A DNA stretch of 63,182 nt, filler included, from Folioceros fuciformis (taxonomy: Eukaryota), in assembly GCA_049999805.1 (NCBI GenBank). It is 12 parts of 12 records of this genome, joined end to end, with 100 filler letters (N's around TTAATTAATTAA, not from the genome) between each part and the next. Parts side by side here need not be neighbours in the genome. Positions count along the whole stretch, not along the records: positions 32,053 to 43,146 come from JBNGIO010000257.1; positions 43,247 to 45,766 come from JBNGIO010000258.1; positions 45,867 to 48,043 come from JBNGIO010000259.1; positions 48,144 to 50,811 come from JBNGIO010000260.1; 8 more parts are not named here. One strand, written 5' to 3'. Below the pieces are notes generated by a model. That model was not told where the DNA came from and searched no databases. It saw only the letters and a program-made list of their open reading frames with translations. Every line of letters starts with the position of its first letter. Position 1 is the stretch's first letter. The position numbers and the translations under genes were made by a program. This document shows, piece by piece, positions 35,441-48,964 of the stretch.

Positions 35441-36268
35441 GGGATCCTAACAGGCTTAGGCTTAACAGCCACTAAAGAGAACTAACACAACGCATATTCA
35501 GAGTCTGAACGAGGCAGACAAGTAAATGGGCGGTCATCTGGTGATCATAAAATTTCCCACTCATGGGGTCATTGTGTGACTCGGCAGACCTGTACTTGCT
35601 ACAGCACCATCTCCTGGGGCGGGTGAGCGACATACTTCCTTCTGCAAACATTGTGGCCAGGGATGCCAATGCGTCTTGAAGTCCTGCAATACGTTGCAAC
35701 ATGGAGTACTTTGGTGTGTGGGCTACAGTAGGTGGCTTTCCGCTACAGTAGGACTTGATTAGGTACCCTGCTACAATTGCTAGTACCAGATTTTATGACA
35801 TCTAGCTACCTGGACAAGGGAACAAGGGAAAAAGTGGCATGCAACTGAGAAGGATTCTGATGTTTGGAAGGCTCGAGGAAGTGCGTGTTTGCTAGCTTTT
35901 ATGCCCTAAACAATATTCAGTGATGATCACAATCGCTGAAAAGGTAACCACTGCCACCACCTTTCCTCCCGAAGGCATTATCGCTCACGAACCCACCGGA
36001 ATGACTCACAGGCCAGGCCACTGGAAAACATCCACTCGGGATTATGGCCACGAAAGTTCTGTGATGCATCTCATGTAGTCATCTCGAGGTGAAGAGACCG
36101 TTTTGTACCGTGCTGTGCACAAGGCATATCATGGCCGTACGTCCCCATCCTTACAGAATTAGTGGGACGAGTGATAGTCGTTGTCAGAAGGGTTGATGGC
36201 CTTCAGAGGTTTTAGCTTTCACTCTCCGGCTAGTTTCTTTGAATTCAGCTGTGGGCTGAGGCTCGAAG

Positions 36269-38754
36269 ATGAGAAATGTGGTGCTCAGGCTGCCGCGGCC
36301 AAGCCCCGATGATGACATGCGTGAGAAGAAAGAGGTGGGTTCGAGAATGATGTCACTCCTGTGTCCTGTGGTGGATGCTAAACGTGGGTGCAATTGCAGA
36401 GTCTCCTGGAAGAGCGAGTTTTACCATTGGAGTTCGATGTGTCATCGTTTGAAGGCTCCGATGGCTGCAGATTTTTGGACAGGATTCTCGCTTCAGCAAG
36501 AGTCCTACAGCTCACGGAGGTGAAGTAATTCTTGATTTCTGCGTTTTCCTCACTTGTTTTAAATGTGTTGATAGTAGCTCAAGAAGTTTCTGTGGGGAAT
36601 CCTGGGCTGTTGCAGACCGAGTGGTATTTTCTAGAGGAGGACGACGAAGGTCCATTCAGCCCTCGGAATGAGATAGAAGCCTTGCACGTGGTTGAATCTC
36701 TTCTTCGCCAGCTAAAAATTGTGTGCAGACAGGGGTCAGTGGAAGCACTTGAAAAAGGGCATGCCTTAGTCGTGGACCGCCTTAACTCCTTCGGGGGTGG
36801 AGGAACAGCTGAGGCAGTTTCCAAGTGTATTGGTGAATCAGAGAAAGCTATGTTGGGGTGGGCAGCTGAGCAGGGTGTGAAGTCGTCAATTGAAATTGCA
36901 GGTACTTCGCCCATCTGGTTGTTTCAGTATCCAGAAATCTTGGTGCTGGGGTCCTGGGAACTTCAACTGAAAGCGATCTTTCAGTCTTTGAAGGCACTGG
37001 ACGAGGTGCATCAGCAGCTGTCGACCTTGAACCTGGTGATGTCGTGCTTGAGATACCACAAGAAGTCATCATCTGTGAGGATTTTGTCCAACAGTCCGAC
37101 ATGGTAATGGAACGTTTTAAATCCATGTTTCAGAATGATCGCACTGTCCATTCATGCACGTGTTTAGGCTCATGATGAGTGTTTGTCAAGACAGGGAAGG
37201 GTGCTTTCCGAAGCCGGAGTGGGTGGAGAAACTATGGCAATGTTGTGGACGATGAGGGAGAGGCACAACAAGGATTCCAAGTTTGCCGCATATTTCGCAT
37301 GCCTTCCGGAGGCCTTCACAACTGGTATGACGAGAACTGCTTCTGCAGAAGGCACATTATATTCAGGTGACAGGAACAGCCTTGACCGAACTTTGAAGGC
37401 ATCCTGGTTGCAGGCTTGAGCTTTGGTGTACGAGGCTTGCAAGCTCTCCAGGGGACCCTTCTCTTAGGAGAGATACTGGCAGCGAAGGAGGTTTGGAAGA
37501 CGAGGTTTCATTCTTGTCTAACTGAGTAGTTTGTATATTGCGAACCATGTGAGGCAATGACCCCGGCTGTTTCTTCTAACAGCACTTGCGGCAACAGTAC
37601 GACGTTCTCGTACCAACCTTGACTCTACAACACCCAGATTTATTTCCAGAAGAACAATTCGGATGGGAGCACTTTCTGTGGGCATGTGAACTCTGGTACT
37701 CCTATGGCATCAAAGTCCTGTTCCCGGACGGTCACTTGAAGACATGCCTCATTCCTATGCTCAGCCTCCTCAATCACTCGGTATGTTGCTCCATACGTCT
37801 GTACCGTAAGTTTCCCCTTTCGCAACGTCTGCGGAATGCTCGTGTGCTGATAGGTGTTGCTTTGTTGGGCACGCAGCTGTATCCGCACATAACCCATTAC
37901 AGTAAAATCAACCCAAGAACGAGAAGCTTGCAGCTAGCAGCAGTGCGGTCCTGCGAAGTTGGGGCTCAATGCTTCCTCAGTTACGGTCCTCTGTCTAACC
38001 AAGAGCTTCTGCTGTTCTACGGTTTCGTCATCGAAGACAACCCATACGACACCATTCCTATCGGTAAGCGTGTGCAGCATTTTCTTGTCCGAAGCTGCCC
38101 GCAATGTCACAAGACTCGAATCTGATGCTCGATATGGTTGCGTGCTGTGCAGAGTTTGACACGGCACCCCAGTGTGCTTCAGTGGACTCGTACGACTTGG
38201 GGCACGCGCACACGGTCCGAGCAACGTGGCTAGGAAAGAAATCGAGGGAGCTGGGTTTACCAACTCGGCTACTGGCATCACTCCGAATATTATGTCTACA
38301 CGAAGATAACGCGAGCTCATTCCAAGGAAACCCTAGGCTTCCTATGGTACGTCAGACTTTCAGCCCGCTTCAATTCGGGTGACTTCCGTTGTGCAACAAG
38401 CTGATCCTGCGTGACTCTGTGTGCCAAGGTGGAGGCTGGAGTCGAAACCGCTGCTCTGGAAAGCCTGCTCTCGACTGTAGCCTGTCTTCTGGAAGGGCTG
38501 GAGGAACCCGGCAGGACAAGCCCTTCAGCTGACAGGTAACCGAAGGCTGATGCGACCCTAATCACTAAGCTTGTCTCTGTCCTGACCGCCATCTCCTCCG
38601 GCTGGATAGGGAAGGGGACGATGAAGACTGGGACGTGCTCCTGGCAGCGGAATTCGTGAGTAGTCAAAGGCGGTTGATCGAATCGGTTAGGCGGTCTTGC
38701 GTGCAGCTGATTGCGCAGTGGGATTCTGAAGCAGTTGAGGAGGATAATGGTTAG
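36269..38754 (+). CDS. SET-domain methyltransferase of the Rubisco-LSMT/SETD3-like class, multi-exon (start uncertain)
   Basis: Exons give GPFSPRNEIEAL, FEGTGRGASA, SKFAAYFACLP, FLWACELWYS, LIPMLSLLNHS and FLSYGPLSNQELLLFYGF..DNPYD. Stop TAG at 38752-38754. Confidence 0.9.
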
Positions 38755-38925
38755 GTTGTTGTACATTCCATTCGGCGGCGAATTTACCTCATGCGCTCGC
38801 TTTAAGCGATGCGGCAGCCGTTCGGACTGCTCGAATTTCGAGTTCACAAATTTGGAGCATGTTTGCGTGAACTCCTCCCTCGCCTGAAGAGCAGCCGCGA
38901 TTCCTGGCGAACATTCACGCATCCC

Positions 38926-41111
38926 TCAATCTAGGAGCTGGATTCCTCGGACCTCGTCTCTGCAGGTCCTGGTGTGCCGCAGCATCCATGCTGCTTGCTC
39001 GGGGCCCATGCTTGCCTCGGTCTGGTTGGTGACAGAGTCGATGCACACGCTCTCCAAGAAAGGGAAATGGTTGCAGGGCTCTTGGGACCAGGCCTGCCAG
39101 CACGGCACGTCGATCTTCCTCCGCGGGCGCCCTCCTCCTTTCAGATCCATGATCCACGGCCGCAGCCCGGCTATGCCGTGCGCGATGTAGCCGAACGTGG
39201 ACCAGCCGCTGGTGGCGATCTCATCGCTGAAGGCAAGCAGCCACATTTCCGTCAAGGCATCCGCCAGCTGGGCGAACTCGTAGGTCTGGTCCTTGTCCGC
39301 GGTCATCTGCTTCCAAGCAGAGGAAGGGAGCATGCGAGTCATTTGCGAAGTCGCGATCACAAATGAAGGGCTATGTTATCTGATTCCTCCTACCTGGAAA
39401 ACGCGGATGAGCGAGCCATCGGTGGTGGGATTGTTGGTGTACTGCCGCTTCATCTCCTCGTAGTACTCGGGATTGAGGGACGCGATGAAGACGGAGGTGG
39501 GTCGGCCATGCTCCACCCGGTCCGCAACGATGTTCTCAGGGCTGCTGCTGCTATTCGCAAGGTGCACGCTGAGGCGGCGGCTTGAGAGGAGCAACATCTG
39601 CGGGCTTCCCTGCGCCCTCACAGCCCGCAGCTGGTCCGAGAGCCGGTTCAGAGTGGGCGTGACGTTAAAAACAGGGCGGGGATCCCTGCTGGGCAGCTCC
39701 TCGTATGCGACAGGCTGTGTGGTGTTGGGGATGATGCTGTTGCCGATGAGGCATTGCATGATGCGGTCGTAGGATGTCTGATCGAAGCGGTAGGTGGTCA
39801 TGTGCCTTCGGATCTGCGCAATGCTATGCCCACGTCCGAGAATTGCACAGCCAACGCCAGGGGATTTGCAAGCAGGAACGAGTTGAAACGAACCTGAACG
39901 CCCACTCGCTTGTCGGTGTCCGCCAAGTGAGTCCAATAGATTCGCATAACGCGGTCCCAGATTAGATTTCGTGGCAGCAGCAGTAGTCGGCTGAGATGGG
40001 TGAAAATTAAGGTGGGCTCATCCCCCAGCAGGTCTCGCATCTGGAGCCACAGGTATGGTGTGGCGAAGAAGCGGGGAATGAGGTACTGGTTGGTGTCCAG
40101 GACCACCCATTTCACGCGAGACAGCTTCTCCATGGTGGAGGTGCAGTAGAACCTTCTCTGCGACGGGTGCGAGTTATGCTGTTCCTTCACCTTCACCACA
40201 CTGACTTTGCTGAAATCCTGGAGGCTGGAGTCCTCCAGCTCCACCGCCTTAAGGTACAGAGCCTGCAGACGAATATTGCACCTTGAGCAGCCTCGACAGA
40301 CTCGGTGGCAATTGATGCAAGACGGGCTGGCTAACAAAGACGAGCATTGCAAATGCATACCTTTTGAGGGAAATGCCTGGGCACGCTCAGGCTGGAGGTG
40401 GGGAAGGGGTTGCAAATTAGACTGGCCAGAGGGCTGAAGTGACCCATGAGCATTGCTCGGTTGGTGAGAAGGGCGTAGACGTAAGCCGTAGTGAAGCCCA
40501 GCATCCTGTTCCCCAGACCCCCGACTTCCGGGAAGTAGAGGTACCGGCAAGGAGGGTCTTCTCCCTGCAAAATAGTGCTGCTGGTCACCACCAGTGAACT
40601 CCTGAACTCAATTAATCCCTGTAGCACCTCACCTGAGCAGCATTCCAGCTGGATCCGGAGCTTGTGAAAGTTCGGAAGTGGAAGTGCGCAGGTCAAGTAC
40701 CTCAGGCTGAGTGTTCCCCGGATGATCGACCTCGGCATCCAGATCCCTTTCCGCAACGCACCTGCGGTGCATCCGCTCGTACTGCTCCATCCTCGTCAGG
40801 AGCTTGTGCGACACGGGGAACAGCCTGGAGGGTCTGAAGTAAAGGGCGTGCTGCGACCTGCTGAGGCAGTCGGGCCATTCCTGCACTTCGGATCGATATC
40901 GCACCAGCTGCTGGGCGCCCGGAGCCTGGCGGTCCTGCAACCCCAGAATCCAGGGGAAGGCCAAGATTTGATCCAGGAATCCGTAAGCGAACAGCACGGT
41001 CACGGCCAGGAACGATGCGATCCAACACTGCGTCCTGCAAGAAACTGCTGCGGAATAGGCACGCTTCCGATCGCGAGAGGGGCCGGTGTGCAGCTCCTTG
41101 CCATGGCTCAT
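38926..41111 (-). CDS. FUT: Xyloglucan galactoside alpha-1,2-fucosyltransferase (GT37) (exons 41111-40701, 40564-40361, 40262-39894, 39813-39394, 39306-38926)
   Basis: Type II membrane anchor, then CRYL...GLGNRML...YALLTNRAML, VGVQIR, ALTEMWLL.FSD.IATS.WSTFGY.A.G.AGL.PW and SQEPC.H.P. Confidence 0.93.
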
Positions 41112-43246
41112 CGTGCCGCTGTCGCTGCCGCTAACGTTGGACGTTCCTCCTCCGCTTCACGCATCTGTGTGTCCGAGCAGCCTCAAGCATTGCAGGGTGC
41201 CCGGGCCTCTAGGGGGTCGACTACCATGCGGAGCGGTGTGGCGTTCTTAACGTGGGCAGTTGGAGAAAGTGGTGTTCACCAGTTGTCGTGTCAAAACGCT
41301 CATTAACTCTCCCTCGGAATGCTGGAAAACCAGGGAAGCATAGGAAGTCGGGGGTCGCACCGAGGCTACCCGCGACAAACTATGTATGTGCTGCAGTTAA
41401 GGGAAGGATGTTTCATCGTTCCCCTCAACTAGTTGATTTGGGACGATACAAAACTCACCGCAGATATTGGCTCTGGAGGCGTGTCCCTGCTCTGCTCATT
41501 CAAGGTCGTTCCCCAATCACTCTCGTTTCTTCTGAATAGACTTACTGGAACTTGCTGTGCTTTCATTCCAGACTGCCACATTCGGCTTTGGATGCCACTG
41601 AATTCCCTGAATTCATCAGATCCCAATGTTAAACTTTGTGGATTTCAGGGACAGTGCATATTGTGGTCTATGTAGCCTGAGGCCAGTTCTGGGGCCTATG
41701 TGGTGGTAGTAGCCTTACTTCCACTAGAACATCTTTCGATTTCTATGCAGCCGGACAGGCTAGGTTGCTTCAGGAATTGGGTCCTCCGCAATCAGCCCTG
41801 ATTTCCAAGGCAGGTGGCAAACCATAAACAGCACAGTCGATGATCATGAGCTCAGCCTGGATTTTGCCCTCTAGGCTTGCCAGGGAATGGGCGTGGCAGG
41901 ACATGATGAGGATGGGTTACGAGATGCAGATTCGGCACTATGCCCGTCTACAGGTGACATCGAGGGAGTATTTGATCCTAATGTCAATGAGAGCATCCGT
42001 CTCATACTGCACAGTGCCGTAGCTCGTCTGCGGAAGTCATAAGGATCGTCGGTGGATTCTCGGCCTCCCTTTACTTGCAGTTCGGAATTGCTGACAAATC
42101 TGCTACGAGGTTGCAGCAAGTTACGAACCCATCTGAGCCAGGGTGTGCATATGTCATGGTGCTGTCCTCCGTCCTCATGGGGATCGCTTCCACACCGGTA
42201 GCAATATATCTCTGGTATCGGCCTTAAGACTTGAGCGATATGTATTCGACACGACTTACAGCCAAGGACAGATTCGATAGACAAACGTCTTTCTGTTCAC
42301 GGGATCGACACGTGTGATGGTGTCGTCCGAAAGAGGAGGGCCGACGAAAGGGGAAGTCCAGAGAGGAGGGCCGACAGAGAGGGAATTGATCACTGCGAGC
42401 GAGAGCTTTATCGTTCAGCCCCACCTTCTCGTCGTAGTCGTATGGCCATGAGTGTCGAAAATGCACAGCTGCTGATCAGATGCAACTCCGCATTGATACG
42501 CCACAGATTTAGGAGTGGTTCGCGAAGGGCACGGTGTCATAGACGTCACAAATGAGCTGGAATTGGGAACAACGGGTTCGAGTGTGCATGCATTTCGGGC
42601 AAACGCTGCCGTCCCTTTGTTTGGTTCACCATTGCGGTTGGAGAATTTTAGCGACAGAATTTTCGCTTGTGCAATCACTTCATATGCGTTTTCAAGATAC
42701 TGATGTATGAATTGGTTCCTCCTGTTCTGATCCGGGCTCGACTGGAGGTTCCATGCAGCGTATTGGAGAATGTGGGACACAACACAATTTGCAATGGGAA
42801 TGCTCCACAAAGGGACGGCCTAACAGGGTGACAAGTTGCAGGCAGTAAGAAGGTAGACCCAGCTTTTGTGGAAACGATTTTGAACGAGGTATCTTCAAAT
42901 CACACAACCACGTATCATGTGACGACTCGCTATTCACTATTGCTCACTCTAGGAAGACTTTCACGTGCTTTCTATGTGCTGCCCAACAACATCATGAAGA
43001 CATCTTTTGGGAGCCCAAAGGCTATGGGAGGGGGGGGAGGGCTGGAGCTCGTTTGCTCGAGGCCAACGCAAGCTTCACAACTGGCGATAGCCTAAGGCCC
43101 CTCCTAGAGGACTGCATGAAGGAGGAGGAGGGCGACAGACAAGGCTNNNNNNNNNNNNNNNNNNNNNNNNNNNNNNNNNNNNNNNNNNNNTTAATTAATT
43201 AANNNNNNNNNNNNNNNNNNNNNNNNNNNNNNNNNNNNNNNNNNNN

Positions 43247-43934
43247 CCCCGCCCCTGGCGCCCGCGGGGTCATTCGCCTGCGAGCCTGTCGCCTAGCTGC
43301 CTTCTCCCGCCCGCTCCTCGAGTTGGTGCCCCGCGCTCCTTCGGCTTGGGTGCGCCGCGTCTCGGGACCTATTGGCGCCCCGCTCTTGGGGCAAGTACCC
43401 TACGCGGCGTGGCGATGCCCTCCCGGGTGCCGCGTCTGCGGCTTCGCTCCCACTGCTTGGCTCCCGCTCCATGCCACTGCTACCACTGCTTCAGCCTATG
43501 CATGGAAGGGATGGAGCCCCTTGCACCTCGGCAGCGAGTTGCCGCACATGGCCCCTGATTACTCTGATGCCTTTGTCATGGCCTTGCGCACCGTGTCCGC
43601 AGCACCTAGAGCCGTCACCCTCTTGCTCCACACCCACGCTCTGATACTAGTTGAAGGATCGCTAGAGGAGCCACATGGTGAAGGAGGAGAGGAGGAAGCT
43701 AGGAGGAGAGGAGAAAGAGAGGTCTCACACTTTCACAATGTCTCTATTGCAAGGGAGCTCAAGGGGGTATTTATACCCTCTAGAAGAGCTCCCAAGGAAG
43801 CTTCATAAGAAGTGCACAGGAAGCTACTCAAGAAGCTTCCTACAAATTAGCTTAAGCTAATCTAAACAAATGATACTTAACTAGACACTAATCTTAGACT
43901 AAACACATTAGTCTAAGCACATTGGGCTTCAATA
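43247..43934 (-). mobile_element. LTR retrotransposon 5' end: LTR (~43934-43650) and degenerate iMet PBS
   Basis: Plus-strand gctctgatacta (TGGTATCAGAGC with one change) abuts gttgaagg. A TATA-like tttata lies inside the LTR. Confidence 0.65.
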
Positions 43935-44227
43935 ATCCTACATGTCCGGGGTTGACAGCCTACAGGCGCCCAACAACTGCGCGTCCTTAGCTTTGGACAG
44001 AGGGAAACAAGCCTGTAAATATGAAGACTTCCCAGGGCTACCTCTACGGCAAGACCAAATTGTTGTGGCAGCAGCGCGGAAGGCCCTTCATAAAGCTGTT
44101 CAGAGATGGACCCAAGCCACAACCTCGTCCGAAGTCAAGAAAAGTAGAGTTGGCAAGGGGTTGGCGCTTGCTGAGCTAAAAGGTCAGGGCCTATTGGGAG
44201 CGATAAGGTCAAGGTGAACTTGGGGAG

Positions 44228-45160
44228 GTGTCCCGTCCGGGGGCTATAGACCAGGGGGTCCTGCACAAGGATGGCACCAAGGAGGGTGGTGGTGAGGCCC
44301 TGAACCTTGAGCTCCTTTGTAACAACTGCCTAAGCCCACCTAGGAGGCACATCGTTTCTCCTACCCCGCAGGAGGAGTGCTTTTCTACCCCTTGTGCAGA
44401 AGATGATTCCGAGCCAATCTGGCATGAAGTGCCAGCTGGTTTCTCGGATGAAGAAGGGGCAATCATCGCCTTTAACTCAGAGGACAACAAGCATACCCTG
44501 TCAGCGGTGTCTGGGGTGCGGGGAGTCAACTCTAGACAATCGGAGACTTCTCTCCCCACAAAGGATGAACGTCCAAGAGCTCCTGCTTACTTAGCAAGCA
44601 TGAGTCTGATACATGTGGCCGTGGTTAGAAAGGTGAGGGGCTTGTACCAATTTCTGGCCATGGTTTGTCCAGAAGGAGAAGTGGTCCCGGTGTCCATTTC
44701 TGCAAAGCCATCACGCACGCTAAAGGAGAAGATCTTCATGCGACTGGCAGCAGGAGGAGTATTAATGACCAAAGAGGGGAAGGAAGTTGAATACTATAGT
44801 GGTGTGTACCGGTTAGGTGAGCACCACTTTGTGGACATCCACCTTAAAGAAGCTACTACTCTGGTTCTCCCCTTGAAGGCGGAGTGGAGGTGGATCCTAT
44901 CAGCCCCCTGGGCGGAGGGCCACGATGGGAAGGCTCTAGACCAGGAAGGAAGGGGAAGCGACGGGGGTATGCCACTTGAAGACGTGGAGGTCATGGCTGT
45001 GCGGAAGTCAAAGCGTTTACAGCAGAAGATGCAAGACCTCAAGCCGAGTAGTCCTTGTGCAAGACTGATGGATAGTGGCAACACCCAGGCATCAAAACCC
45101 AATGCAGTTCGAAAACTCTTGAGTAAGCGTGGAGTGGAATTTACACCCAAGAACCACTAA
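44228..45160 (+). CDS. Unassigned 310-codon ORF, probably retroelement-borne, just upstream of a putative PPT/LTR
   Basis: Stop-free for 933 nt, followed ~50 bp later by aagggagtgaactag-TGTCAGGG. No family recognised. Confidence 0.4.
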   Translation: MSRPGAIDQGVLHKDGTKEGGGEALNLELLCNNCLSPPRRHIVSPTPQEECFSTPCAEDDSEPIWHEVPAGFSDEEGAIIAFNSEDNKHTLSAVSGVRGVNSRQSETSLPTKDERPRAPAYLASMSLIHVAVVRKVRGLYQFLAMVCPEGEVVPVSISAKPSRTLKEKIFMRLAAGGVLMTKEGKEVEYYSGVYRLGEHHFVDIHLKEATTLVLPLKAEWRWILSAPWAEGHDGKALDQEGRGSDGGMPLEDVEVMAVRKSKRLQQKMQDLKPSSPCARLMDSGNTQASKPNAVRKLLSKRGVEFTPKNH

Positions 45161-46214
45161 GGGCCACACTTCCTCCTTATTATCGTCATAGTACTAGGAT
45201 TCGCTTCCAAGGGAGTGAACTAGTGTCAGGGTTCCCCACAATCTCCCCGCACTACCCTAATCTAATCCTATCTACCAGTGGACTCCTAGACCTAACCACA
45301 CTATAGCAAAAAGATCAGCATCCTTAGCCCCGTCTTCAACACCAGCCACAACTCCAGTTGAATGAGAACTCCAGCATCATCTTCAGCTCCCACTCCCAGC
45401 TCCAGGTATCCGCCGCCTCAGCAACTGAGAGGAGGCCCCACCCCTGGCCTCGGCCTCCACTCTTAGCCCTAACGCCAGCCAACTTAGCAGCTGATTGAGA
45501 ACTTCAGCACCTAAGCTCCTCACCTCAGCACAACAACTCCAAACTCTAGCACTTCAAATCTCTACTCCAGCACTTCAACTCTTCAACCCTTCACTCTCAC
45601 GTTTCACTCCTGGATTTTTGGAACACAACAGCCCCTCACTTGTAGTCCTTGAGGCAGGGATGTGCAAAGCCAGGCTGGATAGCTTCCTTAGCTCACAGCC
45701 CTGGAGCCCGTCGCCTAGGAAACCCCTTAGGGACGTCAAGGTACCCCAACCACCCTAAACCCTGCANNNNNNNNNNNNNNNNNNNNNNNNNNNNNNNNNN
45801 NNNNNNNNNNTTAATTAATTAANNNNNNNNNNNNNNNNNNNNNNNNNNNNNNNNNNNNNNNNNNNNGCTATCCACCAGTCGTTTTACTCGCACTGCCATC
45901 GCTCTACTTCAAAAATCCCAGCCGGCTGGATGCCAGATGCCGGATGTTGGTGGAACTTCCTTCTCAAAGATTTCATCAACATTCTCCCTTCCTTTTCCTC
46001 GCCTATCCCACCATGCTGGCTCCACCAATCATGCTTTCTGCATTCAAGGCATCTCCACGCCGTGGGGCCAATATGTCTTTCCCACCCCGACCCCTACCCT
46101 CTTTCTTTTTCTGTTCTTTATAACATGTTTGGCAATATACAATGCCTTCATAAACTCCTATTCGCTTAATGACTTTCGATCAATCAGGCGTCCCAGCGGG
46201 GATGGAAAGGGACT

Positions 46215-48043
46215 CAAGTCTGGCCTGGCATGGCCTGGCATGGCCTGGCCTGGCCTGCCCCGACCCGACCCGCCCTGACCTCGGCTGAACTTGAGGGGAC
46301 AATGGGAAAGCACGCCACCCTAAACAACTCCACTCGTACCTGCATACCCAACAAAGAAACAAGGAAAAGAAAGAAAAAGAATGGCAAAGGGAAGGAAAGG
46401 TGTACACCGTATGGGAGAGGAGAGGGAAAAGAAAAAGCAATACATACATAAATGGAATGACGAGGTAGACTACCTAACTGGCGTCCACCACCGCATCAAA
46501 TGCTTTGTTTATGCAGTTGGGGGAAATTTACGTCACTTGGTGGCACATCACATCCGTGGAGCTCACAAGGCGCCTTGTGTTGTGTTGTGTTGCGTTGCTT
46601 CCCTTTGCTTTGTTTTGCTTTGCGTTATTGAATGCGTCCACCCGCTGTCCAGTCCTGTCCTATACAGGCTACCCCAAAGCCTGGCTTTTGTGTGCACATG
46701 GAACACAGCATCCGTGAGACGACTTGTTTGCTTTACCGGGGACGCCAAGGCAAGCCAAGCCAAGCCCAGCCCAGCCCAGCCCAGCCCAGCCCAGCCCAGC
46801 CCAGCCCAGCCCAGCCTTGCTGCTGCACACACACATTAATGTTTCGTGCTCCATGTAATATACCATAACATAACACGACATGTAGCGGCGCGGCCAGCGG
46901 GAAAGAAAGGGAAAAAGGACTGGCAAAGTGCGAGACAGACGTACGAATGTGGGGCCCGCACTCGCCGTAGGACTCGCCACTGCCCCAAGGGACATGCACT
47001 GAGAACTGCCGTGGACGCGGCCCGGCCGGGCGTGGTAAAACCAAAACATGTACTGTACATGGTCCTCACGGCAGCTACTGCTGGATGGATGGATGCTCAC
47101 CTCAGCTTCAGCTTCAGCTCCAAGTCCACCTCCACCTCCGCCTTCCACATTCTGCTTCCCTTTTTTGCCGGACTCGTCTCCTCTACTTGCTCCTCATGAA
47201 ACCAGAAGGACGCGACGCTGGCCTCGATCGCCTCGTCTTCGCCCAAGACCCGCTTTCTACATGCTTACCACATAAATGCAAGAAGATTGACATTGCAGAT
47301 GCCTGCCATCCGCCCGCAAATAAAAACGGACGGGAGGAGAGGGGAGGGGAGCAAGTCGGAGGTGAATCACCATATTTGGGTGCCCTCTGATCTTCACCAT
47401 GTCAGAAGAAGCGGCGCTATTCTAGAAGGAGAAAGGCCAAGCCGAGCTTGGCTCTGCCACAAGCGGGCCACTGCCTGAATTGCTGAATTGAGAGGAGGCT
47501 GAGGTCAGGGCCAGGCAGGGTGGCAGCTAGAAAAGGAAGGAAGCAAGGCAGTCACACTCCCCGTGTGAACGGGCCACACCAGCCCAGCCCAGGAGCAGTA
47601 GAACTCAAGACAGGGGTGAGGGTCAGGGTCAGGGTCAGGGTCCGAGTCCGGGCCCGGTCCCGGGCCCGGGTCTACAAGAGGGCGAGAGGGAGAGAGTCAG
47701 ACCTTGATCTGTCCAGCGCCAGGCGTGCAGCTGATGCAGCCTGCAGGCCAGAGCCAGAGCCAGAGCCAGGGCCAGAGCCACAGCCAGTGCCAGTGCCAGA
47801 CCCACACCCAGAGCTCAGCGGTACACAAACGGGCAATGCCCAGATTCCTCCTCCTGCCACTTGCCAATCCCTCTCCGCCGGTAAAGCAACTCTCGGAGCG
47901 GAGAGTGAAAGTGTGAGAGAAAGGAGACCCCCGCTCCCCTGCGCCGGCCACAAAACCAGCCCCCTGCGCTCTCCTCCTTCCTTCCTTCCGTCCTTCCTTC
48001 CCACCACCTCGCCCCCAGCCCCTCCGCTTCCTCCTCCTCTCCT
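46215..48043. repeat. GC-rich microsatellite mosaic
   Basis: (TGGCC/TGGCA)n ~46220-46257, (GCCCA)10 ~46764-46815, (CTTCAG)/(CTCCAC) ~47100-47140, (GGTCAG)n ~47615-47645, (GAGCCA)n ~47748-47800, (CCTT)/(CCT) at the end. Confidence 0.9.
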
Positions 48044-48964
48044 NNNNNNNNNNNNNNNNNNNNNNNNNNNNNNNNNNNNNNNNNNNNTTAATTAATTAAN
48101 NNNNNNNNNNNNNNNNNNNNNNNNNNNNNNNNNNNNNNNNNNNAAAAGGGATGGGGACGGCCGCAACCCCTGCCTCTAGCTCTAGCTAGGGCATGGCCTC
48201 CATGGCCGTTCATGCCAGCCAAGCAATCAGCCAGCCCATCGTCAGACCCTGACCCCTGACAATGACATACCCAGATTCTTGTTCCTATGTTCAAACCCTT
48301 ATTTTATTATTATATTATTCTTATTTAATCATTTAATATTATATATCTTTAATTAATATTAGATTAATCACCAGACCTAGACTCAAACTTTCCCAACCCT
48401 ATGGCCTGGTACCTAACCTAAACCTTCCCATGTCTGGGACCAAACCTATACCCACTCTTATAACCAAACCAACTATTTCATGGTCAATTAACCTAATTAG
48501 CACAAAAAATAGAAAAAATGACCAGAAAATAAAGGAAAATTAGGGAAAATAAGTTGAAAAAGAAAACCAAACCATACCACTATTAACCCTTTTTCAACCA
48601 AAACAAACTACTACCCCAAAATTTGGAGGTTCACAAACAGCAACACCGGTTTGTCGTCACCAATGGGGCTCCGGCCATAACCGTTCAACAGCAGGTGATT
48701 TGATTATTTGTTCAAGCTTCATCCACATGTTGTTGAATAATCTGCTGTCATCGTAACTCTAACACAGGCTACTAATAAACAATTCTTCTTTTGTCACAGG
48801 AAATTGGTCATACAAGGCCCTATGTTGAAGCTCCTGTGGCCAAGAAGTCTGAAAAAGGGGGAACTCCATCAGGAATAAAGAGTCCTTCCTCATGCTCTTA
48901 GGTTGACGAACTGTAAAGAGATTGCTTTAAATCATGGCCAGCTGCCAAGAGTCAAGGGGGAAGG

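Noticed and set aside
46381..48095. AQPSP-, WAGLG-, RV- and PE-repeat ORFs
   Set aside because: They are translations of microsatellites that stay open in several frames.
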